A stretch of DNA of 64,000 nucleotides from Escherichia phage vB_EcoM_G2494: the sequence record MK327935.1. The stretch is one strand, 5' to 3'. The notes under the pieces are model-generated. The model saw nothing but the letters and a program-made list of their open reading frames with translations, was not told the DNA's origin and made no database searches. Position numbers and translations under genes: made by a program. Each line of letters starts with the position of its first letter. Position 1 is the first letter of the stretch. Below are positions 18,605 to 26,749 of this stretch, in pieces.

Positions 18605-18925
18605 TTAGTCCTCACTTATAAGGTCAAACCAATTGTTTTTCGCATAATGCTTAATGCGTGCTTGATCTGCTTCCGCTGGTGATAGATTCCATGCGATCAC
18701 TACAACTTCTGACGCATCGTCATCCGTTTCTGATATCCAATGATTGTGATTCATACAGTTATTTGCTATCGCGTGAGCAAATGATCTCATTACTGGAGAC
18801 GTATAATCATAGTAACGGATTTTCAGATTTTCATCAACGTACAAATAGATCGTATAAGGTTTATATTCAGTAACCAGTAACAGACAGTTACGCAATTCTG
18901 GGAAAATCTTTTTAGTTAATTTCAT
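18605..18925 (-). CDS. HxHW-motif family member c
   Basis: YTIYLYVDENL...NHNHW...VVIAWN. Confidence 0.6.
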   Translation of the reverse strand: MKLTKKIFPELRNCLLLVTEYKPYTIYLYVDENLKIRYYDYTSPVMRSFAHAIANNCMNHNHWISETDDDASEVVVIAWNLSPAEADQARIKHYAKNNWFDLISED

Positions 18926-19127
18926 AGTCTATTTCTCCGTAATACACGGTAATCCATTTTTCTTCATACTTTGTATCTTTCCAACACACAATCCCGTTTA
19001 CTGTGCAATCTTTGGAATTGACGAATGATTCATATTGTTCTGCGTCTTCCATCATTGCATGAGCGGTCTTTTCATCGAATATATCGCAGATCGCTTTATA
19101 TGCTCAATAATCTTTAAATTTGCTCAT
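18912..19127 (-). pseudogene. paralog of 19130-19339 interrupted by in-frame TGA at codon 8
   Basis: MSKFKDY-TGA-AYKAI...; TGA at 19106-19104 where intact copy has AAA; frame otherwise open for 71 codons. Confidence 0.45.
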
Positions 19128-19129
19128 AA

Positions 19130-19339
19130 TTAAGACCACTCAAGAGTTTTTGAAAACACATCTATCCATTGTTGAGTATATGCGGTTTCTTTCCATGATA
19201 CAATACCAGTAGAATAATGGTTTTTGTTTCCAGAAAAGGACGGGCATTTTGATGCGTCTTCCATCATCTTTTCGGCGAACTCTGGTTCGTATACTCGCAA
19301 GATCTGTTGATATGCTTTGTAGTCTTTAAATTTGCTCAT
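19130..19339 (-). CDS. hypothetical early protein (69 aa)
   Basis: intact copy MSKFKDYKAYQQ... Confidence 0.55.
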   Translation of the reverse strand: MSKFKDYKAYQQILRVYEPEFAEKMMEDASKCPSFSGNKNHYSTGIVSWKETAYTQQWIDVFSKTLEWS

Positions 19340-19604
19340 AATCGTTAACTACCTTATCAGCTTCTTTTATTGTTTTTACATCAACTGCGATAACCCGTAA
19401 AGGTTCGTCATGGTTCCACCAATGATCGTGAATATCGGCTTGTGATTTATCACCAAAGGAATCACGAATATCATTTTTACATTTATAGCTAATGTGACCT
19501 TCATAGTCAACATAAAGGTAATTATCGAAAATCGGCGTTTTTAAGATCATACCGAAAAATCTTTCTTTGTGTGTCTTATCCAGTGTTGCAGTAATTCGCA
19601 TCAT
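19326..19604 (-). CDS. HxHW-motif family member d
   Basis: YLYVDYEGHISY...HDHWW...VIAVDV. Confidence 0.6.
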   Translation of the reverse strand: MMRITATLDKTHKERFFGMILKTPIFDNYLYVDYEGHISYKCKNDIRDSFGDKSQADIHDHWWNHDEPLRVIAVDVKTIKEADKVVNDYEQI

Positions 19605-19616
19605 AATATATTCCTC

Positions 19617-19796
19617 TTAGAAAGGGATGGTCATTTCTTGAGCTTGTACATTCTCGTTAGGATTAAACTTCATCCAACCGATATTGTCTACCAGCATATG
19701 CACATTTTTATCATATCCTACGTGAGTAGTCAACACTAAATGTGATTTACCTTCAACGATGATTTCCATGTACTTCTGAACTTCGATAGCTTTCAT
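19617..19796 (-). CDS. small early protein (59 aa)
   Basis: ATG with cassette RBS GGAGAATCAAA; not in ORF track. Confidence 0.5.
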   Translation of the reverse strand: MKAIEVQKYMEIIVEGKSHLVLTTHVGYDKNVHMLVDNIGWMKFNPNENVQAQEMTIPF

Positions 19797-19860
19797 TTTG
19801 ATTCTCCGTTTGTTGTCTTGATGGGAGTATCTTACTACTCCCTTTAATCATTGTCAACGA

Positions 19861-20028
19861 TTATTTGTTAATTTCCGGTGCGTTGCTTGGATAGTAGCCT
19901 TCTTTAACACCCAGATATTTTGCAACCATTCCGGTGATCTTCTGTGCTACTACGATATCGAATTTCAGGTAGTCTTCACCGTGGTTTGCTACAATGTATG
20001 CTTCGCATTCTGCTTTAGTCTGGAACAT
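19861..20028 (-). CDS. small early protein (55 aa), copy 2 of duplicated gene
   Basis: ORF track 86-aa call over-extends through promoter; true ATG at 20028 behind cassette RBS. Confidence 0.55.
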   Translation of the reverse strand: MFQTKAECEAYIVANHGEDYLKFDIVVAQKITGMVAKYLGVKEGYYPSNAPEINK

Positions 20029-20062
20029 TTTTGATTCTCCTATATCTCGTTGGTATGTGTGT

Positions 20063-20091
20063 AGTATAGGGGATCGGTGATCCCCTGTCAA
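20063..20091 (-). promoter_or_regulatory. sigma70-like early promoter
   Basis: TTGACA, palindromic 17-bp spacer GGGGATCACCGATCCCC, TATACT. Confidence 0.55.
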
Positions 20092-20101
20092 CAACTTTTT
20101 T

Positions 20102-20410
20102 TTATTCTTCATCTTCATCATTATCTTTATATGCGTACTTCATAAATTTGTCTGCTACTTCGTCCGCGTTTTCAGGTTCTACGTCTGACGCTAGGACAAC
20201 AGCTAGTTCGGTTTTGTCGTTTCCATCATACCAATGATTATGAGTGTCGTTTTCTTCGATATAAAACGAATCAGTTGGAGTTGTGCGACAATATACGTCT
20301 AAATTCCCATCGATATAAAAGATCCAATCCGAATACAAAATGATTGTTTTAGCAAGATTTTTATTGTCTCTCACAAAAGGTTCTGAGACAAATAGCTTAG
20401 TTTGTTCCAT
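20102..20410 (-). CDS. HxHW-motif family member e
   Basis: WIFYIDGNLDVY...HNHWY...AVVLASDV; ATG at 20410 with GAGGAAAA RBS. Confidence 0.6.
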   Translation of the reverse strand: MEQTKLFVSEPFVRDNKNLAKTIILYSDWIFYIDGNLDVYCRTTPTDSFYIEENDTHNHWYDGNDKTELAVVLASDVEPENADEVADKFMKYAYKDNDEDEE

Positions 20411-20426
20411 AACATTTTCCTCAAAA

Positions 20427-20618
20427 TTATACAGCTTCGTAAACTTCCCAATGTCCAGCGCCAACACGCTTAACGAAAAGGTTTTCTTTGATGTTATTCA
20501 TAAACGTCTGGATGGATTTAATGCGGTTTGAAGGTTTCCAGTCTTCGTTGGAATTGCGTCGATACATCATAACATTACCAGTTCGCTTATATTCAGCAAC
20601 CATTTTAAGACCATACAT
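20427..20618 (-). CDS. hypothetical protein (63 aa)
   Basis: ORF fills gap between family members e and f; no clear RBS. Confidence 0.4.
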   Translation of the reverse strand: MYGLKMVAEYKRTGNVMMYRRNSNEDWKPSNRIKSIQTFMNNIKENLFVKRVGAGHWEVYEAV

Positions 20619-20669
20619 AATATTATCATCAATTTGTGGGAGAGTATTACCCTCCCGATTATTGTTATA

Positions 20670-20978
20670 CTACATTACGCAAAATGGCGTGTCAATACTT
20701 CTTTTTGCTGTTCCGCTAAGATTCTCGATCTCTCCTGGCATAACATCAACCGCCAGAACTTCTACAACATCCTCTGATCCTAACCAGTGAGTATGACCTT
20801 TGTAGAACTTGATATCCCATTTATCGCTATCGCTAGCCCACCACACATCACCGTCTATAAAGTTGATGTAAAGCACACTACGACACATTGAATTAGTTAC
20901 TTTCAATACTGCGCCTTTCATCTCTTCCACGGTATGGTCTTCCATTTTGAAGACCTCGCCTACCTTAACTTTTGCCAT
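20670..20978 (-). CDS. HxHW-motif family member f
   Basis: LYINFIDGDVWW...HTHWL...VLAVDV; start coupled to stop of member g (TAACATG). Confidence 0.6.
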   Translation of the reverse strand: MAKVKVGEVFKMEDHTVEEMKGAVLKVTNSMCRSVLYINFIDGDVWWASDSDKWDIKFYKGHTHWLGSEDVVEVLAVDVMPGEIENLSGTAKRSIDTPFCVM

Positions 20979-20979
20979 G

Positions 20980-21246
20980 TTACATGTTCCGAATATGTTT
21001 AGATGCATCTTCCAGTTCGTCGATAGTGACACTGTGAGCCAGTAAGTGTACTGGTTGTGGTTCTTCACCTTCCATAGTATTGATCAGATGACCGTTTCCT
21101 GGGTGGAATGTATCGTTGCCGTTCCAAATAGCATACACATCATCTTCTGTTACGTAGATAATAAGTCCAATCGGTGATTCTGGTAATTGAAAAATTTTAC
21201 CCACTGCATCTTTGCGATTGTCTACGATATCTTTGACTGTCTTCAT
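20980..21246 (-). CDS. HxHW-family-related protein g (divergent)
   Basis: LIIYVTEDDVYAIW...HPGNGHL...HLLAHSV. Confidence 0.5.
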   Translation of the reverse strand: MKTVKDIVDNRKDAVGKIFQLPESPIGLIIYVTEDDVYAIWNGNDTFHPGNGHLINTMEGEEPQPVHLLAHSVTIDELEDASKHIRNM

Positions 21247-21265
21247 TTAGTTACCTCTCTTTAAA

Positions 21266-21445
21266 TTACATCACAATCACGCCAGCCGTAGAAAGTTGAT
21301 GTTTCAACTGAGCATTTTCTGCTACTGTCAAATCAATAATTTCTTGTGACGCTGCAATCATATAGCCATTGGTGATATTGTTTTGCATCAGTTCAATGGT
21401 TTCTTCGTTGTAGCGGATTTTAGCGATGATTTCGTTGAAGTTCAT
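21266..21445 (-). CDS. small early protein (59 aa)
   Basis: ATG behind cassette RBS; not in ORF track. Confidence 0.5.
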   Translation of the reverse strand: MNFNEIIAKIRYNEETIELMQNNITNGYMIAASQEIIDLTVAENAQLKHQLSTAGVIVM

Positions 21446-21479
21446 AATTGATTCTCCTAGTTCGTTTCGGTATGTGTGT

Positions 21480-21509
21480 ATTATAGGGGAGTTTAACCTC
21501 CCCTGTCAA
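21480..21509 (-). promoter_or_regulatory. sigma70-like early promoter
   Basis: TTGACA, palindromic spacer (18 bp), TATAAT. Confidence 0.5.
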
Positions 21510-21517
21510 CAACTTTT

Positions 21518-21829
21518 TTAAAGTTTTTCCATGATAACGGTCATAATTACATCTTCTGCGCGAGCGGTCAGATTATCAGCGTCAGCATGTGGGCGGTTGG
21601 TTGTTACAGAGATAACACCGTTGCGCACTGGTTTGATATTGATATCAAGATGATCCGCGAAACGTTCGCCAGTTACAGAATGAATTTTGGTGTTAAATTC
21701 TTTTGCCAGTGCCTTGCGAACTTCACGAATCAGGATAGCGTTTTTCAGTTGGTTCTCCGCGCTCATGGTCTTCTGGGTGTTCATGGTTCCGTCGAAGTCA
21801 ATCATTGGCAGCGTTACGATGTATTTCAT
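21518..21829 (-). CDS. hypothetical early protein (103 aa), paralog of 17953-18240
   Basis: shared LAKEFNTKI segment. Confidence 0.55.
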   Translation of the reverse strand: MKYIVTLPMIDFDGTMNTQKTMSAENQLKNAILIREVRKALAKEFNTKIHSVTGERFADHLDINIKPVRNGVISVTTNRPHADADNLTARAEDVIMTVIMEKL

Positions 21830-21874
21830 TTTTGATTCTCCGTTTAAGAAAGTGTGTTTCGTTTTGATGTGTGT

Positions 21875-21903
21875 AGTATAGGGGATACGTGATCCCCTGT
21901 CAA
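21875..21903 (-). promoter_or_regulatory. sigma70-like early promoter
   Basis: TTGACA, spacer GGGGATCACGTATCCCC, TATACT. Confidence 0.55.
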
Positions 21904-21996
21904 CAACTTTTTTGAATTATTTTTTCATGAGCTTAATGGCTTCTTCCATAGCCAGCACATTTCGATAGTTAGGGTATCGTGTTAGATCGTCATACA

Positions 21997-22028
21997 TTCG
22001 CTTAAGGGTGGATTCGCTTAAGGGTGGA
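21997..22028. repeat. perfect 16-bp tandem duplication (TTCGCTTAAGGGTGGA x2)
   Basis: two adjacent identical 16-mers at 21997-22012 and 22013-22028; creates the stop of the 22002-22262 ORF. Confidence 0.9.
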
Positions 22029-22262
22029 AACTTCCTCAAACTCTGGGTTTTCTAGATACAGTTGAACAAATTGTTTCTCTACCATCTCGGCTTTTAGCTT
22101 GTCTGCTTGTTCCTGTTCATATGATTTAGTTGGACCCAACACCAACAAAATGATAAAGGTGATCAACGATAGGAGAACATAACCGATAACGCTACGGTTT
22201 AAACGGCTTGCGTACATGCCTACCAGGAAAACAAAAAGGATATAGATAAACAGAAAGAACAT
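22002..22262 (-). CDS. small membrane protein (86 aa), apparently C-terminally truncated
   Basis: two hydrophobic helices; stop generated by 16-bp duplication, old frame stays open 26 further codons. Confidence 0.5.
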   Translation of the reverse strand: MFFLFIYILFVFLVGMYASRLNRSVIGYVLLSLITFIILLVLGPTKSYEQEQADKLKAEMVEKQFVQLYLENPEFEEVSTLKRIHP

Positions 22263-22269
22263 ATAATGG

Positions 22270-22743
22270 TTACTCCTTATTTTCGCGCTCGTACTTTTCG
22301 AAATAAAATTCTACTGGCTGGTCGTGGATTGACAGTAAGCCAAAGCGTTTAGCCGCTCGCAATCCCATATTGCGCTGAATGTACTTCTGGAAGTTCTCGC
22401 GTATACACTTACGCCAGTATTCTAAGCCCATACAGCTTTTGTAAAGATTGCATTGCACACAAGCCGGATTCATATTATCAAGTATATCGTGCTCCGGTTT
22501 ATGCATTCCTACAACCTTATACTTCCACGATCCATCATCATTACGGGCAATTCGTCCATTTTCATCATAGACTACCTTTGAGCGTCGCAATACTGGTTTG
22601 ATGTGGTCTGCGTGCCATCGGTCCCCTAGTTCCTCGCCACAATAGGCACAACGCCCACCGTATTTCATTTTCAGGATCTGGCGTTGCTCTTTCTTTGACA
22701 ATTTTTTAGGTTTAGGGGCTTTCGCCCCTTCATTATCACACAT
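22270..22743 (-). CDS. HNH endonuclease (157 aa)
   Basis: CAYCGEEL...WHADHIKP...CVQCN HNH zinc-finger motif. Confidence 0.65.
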   Translation of the reverse strand: MCDNEGAKAPKPKKLSKKEQRQILKMKYGGRCAYCGEELGDRWHADHIKPVLRRSKVVYDENGRIARNDDGSWKYKVVGMHKPEHDILDNMNPACVQCNLYKSCMGLEYWRKCIRENFQKYIQRNMGLRAAKRFGLLSIHDQPVEFYFEKYERENKE

Positions 22744-24238
22744 CGAATACCTCTTTTACTGTATTTGCAGTGGTCTTGTCGTAGCGAATACGTTTGATGA
22801 TCGGGAGAAATAAAGAGAACTCCGGTTCATCTTCTTTACGTGATTTGCTGCGGATATACCCGTTGCATGTCATCTCAATGACTTTTCCAATCAGGTTATG
22901 ACGGTCAGCCCATAACATTTCTCGGTCGAGTTCATTTCGACGATCGAACGGAATTACACGTTCAGTACCATCATCACCTTTTTCGGTTGTAGTGTCGGTT
23001 AATCCCGATCCGGTGTTAGTCATCATTCGTCCGCACGCACTACGGACAGTAAAACCGCCTACCTTATTGGGGTCTTTACTATGCGGATATGCATCAACAA
23101 TTTCCGCGTCGAAGTCAATCACTTCTTTAAATTTAACCTGATCTTTACTACGGCGATCTTCAAATACACCATGTAAATTTTTAAGGATAATACCTTCTAA
23201 GCCCATGTTTACATAGCGATGATATACTTCGCGAGCTTCATCGATATTGTTAACTACAGTGTTTTCGATTATCTGAACACGAGGATCGTTAAGTTCTTCA
23301 ACAATCTGTTTTAGTTCTTCGAATCGATCTTTATATTGCTTCGTTGCTTTCTCGTTTCCGTAATACACATCACGGTCGATAACATCCCAGACAGTGTAAA
23401 CAATACATTGGGCTTCTTCTTTTGGAATAGTTCCTTTAAGTGATTTGTTGAGGATACCATTTCCGGTCTGACGATCTGCAACAACGGATTCTTTCACTGC
23501 TTCCGCTACTGGCGTTAATGGCATTTCCTCTTCTTCAAATATCCATGACAGAGTACCATCATAAACGCTTTCAACGAAGTTCTGCGCTGGTGTTTGCGAA
23601 AGGGTAGGCATATATACCAATTCGCCATCTAGAACAATTCCACGGCCTCGTAGACGCTCTAAAACCGCAAACAAATCATCAAGTCCTTGATAGGTATTAC
23701 CTGAGCGGGTATAGATTGCTAATGTTTCCCCGTCAATATCAGCCATACCACGAGCGCCATCGCTTTTAAGTTGTGCATACGCCGGATACTTGATATTAGC
23801 AATAGTCTTATCAGAACATGACGATGCAAGGTGGCACGGCTGCTGGGGGATCAGTTTCTTCCATACCTTGTTTGCAGTGGTAGCGGAACAACCGCATTCC
23901 AGGTCACGATTCAGGACCATCATTGCAACTTTAGCATCATCTTCTGACAAGCAAGTCAGAGTATCGGTAACTAGCTGTAATGCTGCATTACCAGTTACTT
24001 GACGCGTGGCAAGTTTATTTTTAAAGACCTGCAATGCACCGGATAAAGACAATACAGACGAATAACGCGATGGTTTATCGTATTTCTTTACGCCAAACGT
24101 AACCTGTTTGCAATATGCCAGATAAAAGCATTCTTTCAGCGTTTCATTGCTCGCGGATTCTTTCAGAATCTTTTCTTTCAGCGATGTTTTGTCTGTTGTT
24201 GCAAGCTGATTAATGATATTAAGAATTGACATTTTCAC
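22736..24238 (-). CDS. 30: ATP-dependent DNA ligase gp30
   Basis: 500 aa; adenylation motif LKSDGAR; VMMxRDLECG and LIDGELVY segments match T4 ligase. Confidence 0.85.
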   Translation of the reverse strand: MKMSILNIINQLATTDKTSLKEKILKESASNETLKECFYLAYCKQVTFGVKKYDKPSRYSSVLSLSGALQVFKNKLATRQVTGNAALQLVTDTLTCLSEDDAKVAMMVLNRDLECGCSATTANKVWKKLIPQQPCHLASSCSDKTIANIKYPAYAQLKSDGARGMADIDGETLAIYTRSGNTYQGLDDLFAVLERLRGRGIVLDGELVYMPTLSQTPAQNFVESVYDGTLSWIFEEEEMPLTPVAEAVKESVVADRQTGNGILNKSLKGTIPKEEAQCIVYTVWDVIDRDVYYGNEKATKQYKDRFEELKQIVEELNDPRVQIIENTVVNNIDEAREVYHRYVNMGLEGIILKNLHGVFEDRRSKDQVKFKEVIDFDAEIVDAYPHSKDPNKVGGFTVRSACGRMMTNTGSGLTDTTTEKGDDGTERVIPFDRRNELDREMLWADRHNLIGKVIEMTCNGYIRSKSRKEDEPEFSLFLPIIKRIRYDKTTANTVKEVFDV

Positions 24239-24698
24239 CTCGTTTTGTTAAACGTTCACGAATATCATTGAGGATACTACAAAATTCCGATTCAGTCAAT
24301 ATAGTCTTTAACGGATCTGTTCCACCTATACTATGACGCAATTTCTTATTTCCTGTAGCGAGTAATGCTTTACAAAATTCTGGGTTATTCCGTGCCATCG
24401 TAACAAATGCCAGATGTACCAGTCTGTAATAATGCTCACTCATTCGATGAATCGGGCGACCCTGAAAATATAACATGTGATTCTCAGTCTTTTCAGTTCT
24501 TCCGGTTCTTTTTGCTTTGCCACCGTGCATCAAAAAGATTTCTCTTTGTCTCTGAGGGTTCTTAAATCTTAGCCCCTGTAAAAATCCTTCTGTGCTGTTA
24601 ATATCGCAACCAAATAGACGGAATGGTCTTTTATTGAAGTTACTCAATTCACCAGATGGATAAGGTCCACCCGCATAGATATCAATTTCAGAAGTCAT
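24219..24698 (-). CDS. NADAR / YbiA-like domain protein
   Basis: IYAGGPYPSGELSNF, STEGFLQGLRF segments resemble the E. coli YbiA NADAR fold. Confidence 0.6.
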   Translation of the reverse strand: MTSEIDIYAGGPYPSGELSNFNKRPFRLFGCDINSTEGFLQGLRFKNPQRQREIFLMHGGKAKRTGRTEKTENHMLYFQGRPIHRMSEHYYRLVHLAFVTMARNNPEFCKALLATGNKKLRHSIGGTDPLKTILTESEFCSILNDIRERLTKRGENVNS

Positions 24699-24852
24699 TG
24701 AAACTAATCTCGCTAATCAGAGAGAACGGATCATAATCGTCATTAGGAATATCGATAGTAATCGAATGAGGATTTACCCATACACCAAAGTGGTCTTCTT
24801 CGGTGAATACTTCGGTATGGATTTCGTGGATGTTTACATTCATAGTTTTCAT
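24688..24852 (-). CDS. small acidic protein (54 aa)
   Basis: ATG with AAGGA RBS; stop overlaps NADAR gene start; not in ORF track. Confidence 0.45.
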   Translation of the reverse strand: MKTMNVNIHEIHTEVFTEEDHFGVWVNPHSITIDIPNDDYDPFSLISEISFNDF

Positions 24853-24934
24853 AATAAAATTCCTTAATAATCAATAACTTACAAAATCATATAGCCAAAA
24901 TATAGGCGGGATTATTTCCCGCCGTTTAAAATCA

Positions 24935-25258
24935 TTAACCGTAAACTACCACAATATTCTGTTTGTGCGTTACAGTCCATTTCAGGTCGATCTCTTCTTC
25001 CTTCTTAACGCCGTTAATAACGTCTGGATGAGGAACTTTATTAAGTTTCCCATGAGGAAGCAATACAGTCTTGCCCAGCAATTCTTTATCAACGTTATCA
25101 CCGATATCAATAATCTTACCGACTAAAGGAATCTCTCCCATAGTTCGTTTTTGCTCGATGATAATACCAAAATCGCTCTTTACTTCGGTCCCTGCGCTTT
25201 CCGCTTTAGCTTCAATGATCACATAGTCACCAAGTGCTTTAGGAGTTTTAACGGTCAT
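24935..25258 (-). CDS. 31: co-chaperonin gp31 (GroES-like)
   Basis: 107 aa; position between ligase and cd as in T4; GroES-like glycine-rich pattern. Confidence 0.6.
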   Translation of the reverse strand: MTVKTPKALGDYVIIEAKAESAGTEVKSDFGIIIEQKRTMGEIPLVGKIIDIGDNVDKELLGKTVLLPHGKLNKVPHPDVINGVKKEEEIDLKWTVTHKQNIVVVYG

Positions 25259-25294
25259 AATTTTCTTACCTCTTCAATTCATCTCAATAGTAAA

Positions 25295-25912
25295 TTATTT
25301 ATATTTCGCGACCTTTGGATTTCGCCGCAGACCGGAATGTATTTGCGCTATACAACAATAAGAAACATTAAACATATCAGCTATAATTTGCTTCTTAACT
25401 TTTCCTTTAAGCCGCATTATTTCTTCGACTTGCGCATTTGTCAGTTTTGCCCGTGAGTGGTTTTCACCGACATTGTTATTGAGTCCAGTTCTAAATGAAT
25501 GTCTCATATTTTCTAGTAAGGTTACTATTTCTAGATTCCACACATAATTGCAGGTTTTTACACCATTGATGTGATTAACCTCAAGTCCGGTAACGTCTCC
25601 TAGAAATGCATTTGCTACAAGTCGATGTATCTTTTCGGCTTTAACTGAGATTTTACCATTGTCGTTTTGTTTTGACAATGTTGAATAATAATATCCATAT
25701 CGGTCTAAAATTGGTTTTATTATTTTACCAGCACGTTTTTGCTTTACGAGCTTAATATTACCGGGAGAAACTTCTCTATAAAATTCGATACTTCGGTCAA
25801 TAGATCTCAATCTACCATAATTAGAGATTTCATACCACGGATAACCTACAGCTTGTCTCCATTCTTCCGGCGCTGGTAATATGATATTATCATCTTTTGT
25901 TTCCATTGTCAA
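25295..25912 (-). mobile_element. HNH homing endonuclease (NUMOD4 + HNH, mob-type)
   Basis: GYPWYEISNYGRLRS (NUMOD4), HINGVKTCNYVWNLE (HNH); inserted between 31 and cd. Confidence 0.65.
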
Positions 25913-26235
25913 CTGCCACCATGAATTTCGACGATCTGCGCTGGTGTTAAACCGTCTACATTAATCAGACTATCAAGCCCAAAACTACAGAAACCTTCAA
26001 CTGCAATTTCATATACTGGCAAAGATGTTTCTGATTCTTTACGCGGTTTTTCAACATTAGGAACTAACCACTTTTCGTATGTTTCGAAAGGCATCAGTGC
26101 CGGATCTCGCGTGGCGATCATCTCACGGACAGTACCATCTTTCTTAGTAAACTGCAAAGAGTGAGTACCGACCGAAAACATTTTCTTTAGTGCTTCACGA
26201 AGTGCGATATTATCAACTTGTTCAGTCATTATCAA
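25909..26235 (-). CDS. hypothetical protein (108 aa)
   Basis: ORF in operon, overlaps cd stop. Confidence 0.5.
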   Translation of the reverse strand: MIMTEQVDNIALREALKKMFSVGTHSLQFTKKDGTVREMIATRDPALMPFETYEKWLVPNVEKPRKESETSLPVYEIAVEGFCSFGLDSLINVDGLTPAQIVEIHGGS

Positions 26236-26728
26236 TACCCTTCAAATCAGTCAATAATGCTTTTGGAATACGCGTGATCGTAATATCTGCATTATTCAGA
26301 ATATCAGCCCAATCACGCCCACCATTTCGATCATATGTGTCGCAATAGTATAAATGTTTAATTCCACTGTTTGCAATTGCTTTAGCGCAATCTGGACACG
26401 GTGAAGCAGTACACCACATACTAGCGCCTTCAATCGATACACCGCTACGGGCAGCAAACAAAATAGCATTTAATTCAGCGTGGATCTCGTTTTTCTGTGA
26501 CCATGCACTATGCTCTGGTCGTTTTTCTGGGATCATTTTTCCTTCATCATCCAGCCAACCGCTTTTATGTGCATGACAGCTACAGTTTTCTTGTCCTGCT
26601 GGAGTGCCGTTAAATCCAGTAGAAATGATTCGCCCGTCTTTTTCGATCAGTGCGCCTACCTTCCACGAAACGCATTTAGAGTTCTTTGCGATTAGATAGG
26701 CGATCTGCATGTAAGTTTGTGACAACAT
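26222..26728 (-). CDS. cd: dCMP deaminase
   Basis: HAE and PCPDC zinc-binding motifs of the CDA fold; synteny. Confidence 0.8.
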   Translation of the reverse strand: MLSQTYMQIAYLIAKNSKCVSWKVGALIEKDGRIISTGFNGTPAGQENCSCHAHKSGWLDDEGKMIPEKRPEHSAWSQKNEIHAELNAILFAARSGVSIEGASMWCTASPCPDCAKAIANSGIKHLYYCDTYDRNGGRDWADILNNADITITRIPKALLTDLKGIDND

Positions 26729-26749
26729 AATATAATCCTCACATATTAA

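Noticed and set aside
19861-20121. N-terminal extensions of ORF-track calls (86-aa call here; likewise 58488-58706, 59154-59486, 59493-59771, 33897-34127, 28283-28657, 18322-18615, 20102-20467, 20670-21068)
   Set aside because: The extensions read through the upstream promoter or terminator hairpin and lack an RBS; an internal ATG at cassette spacing from GGAGAATCAA is the likely start.
13640-21910. Regularly recurring ~45-bp near-identical elements, considered as a possible CRISPR-like or satellite array
   Set aside because: Spacing is irregular (0.2-1 kb), each element has sigma70 -35/-10 geometry and is followed by an RBS and ORF; these are promoter cassettes.
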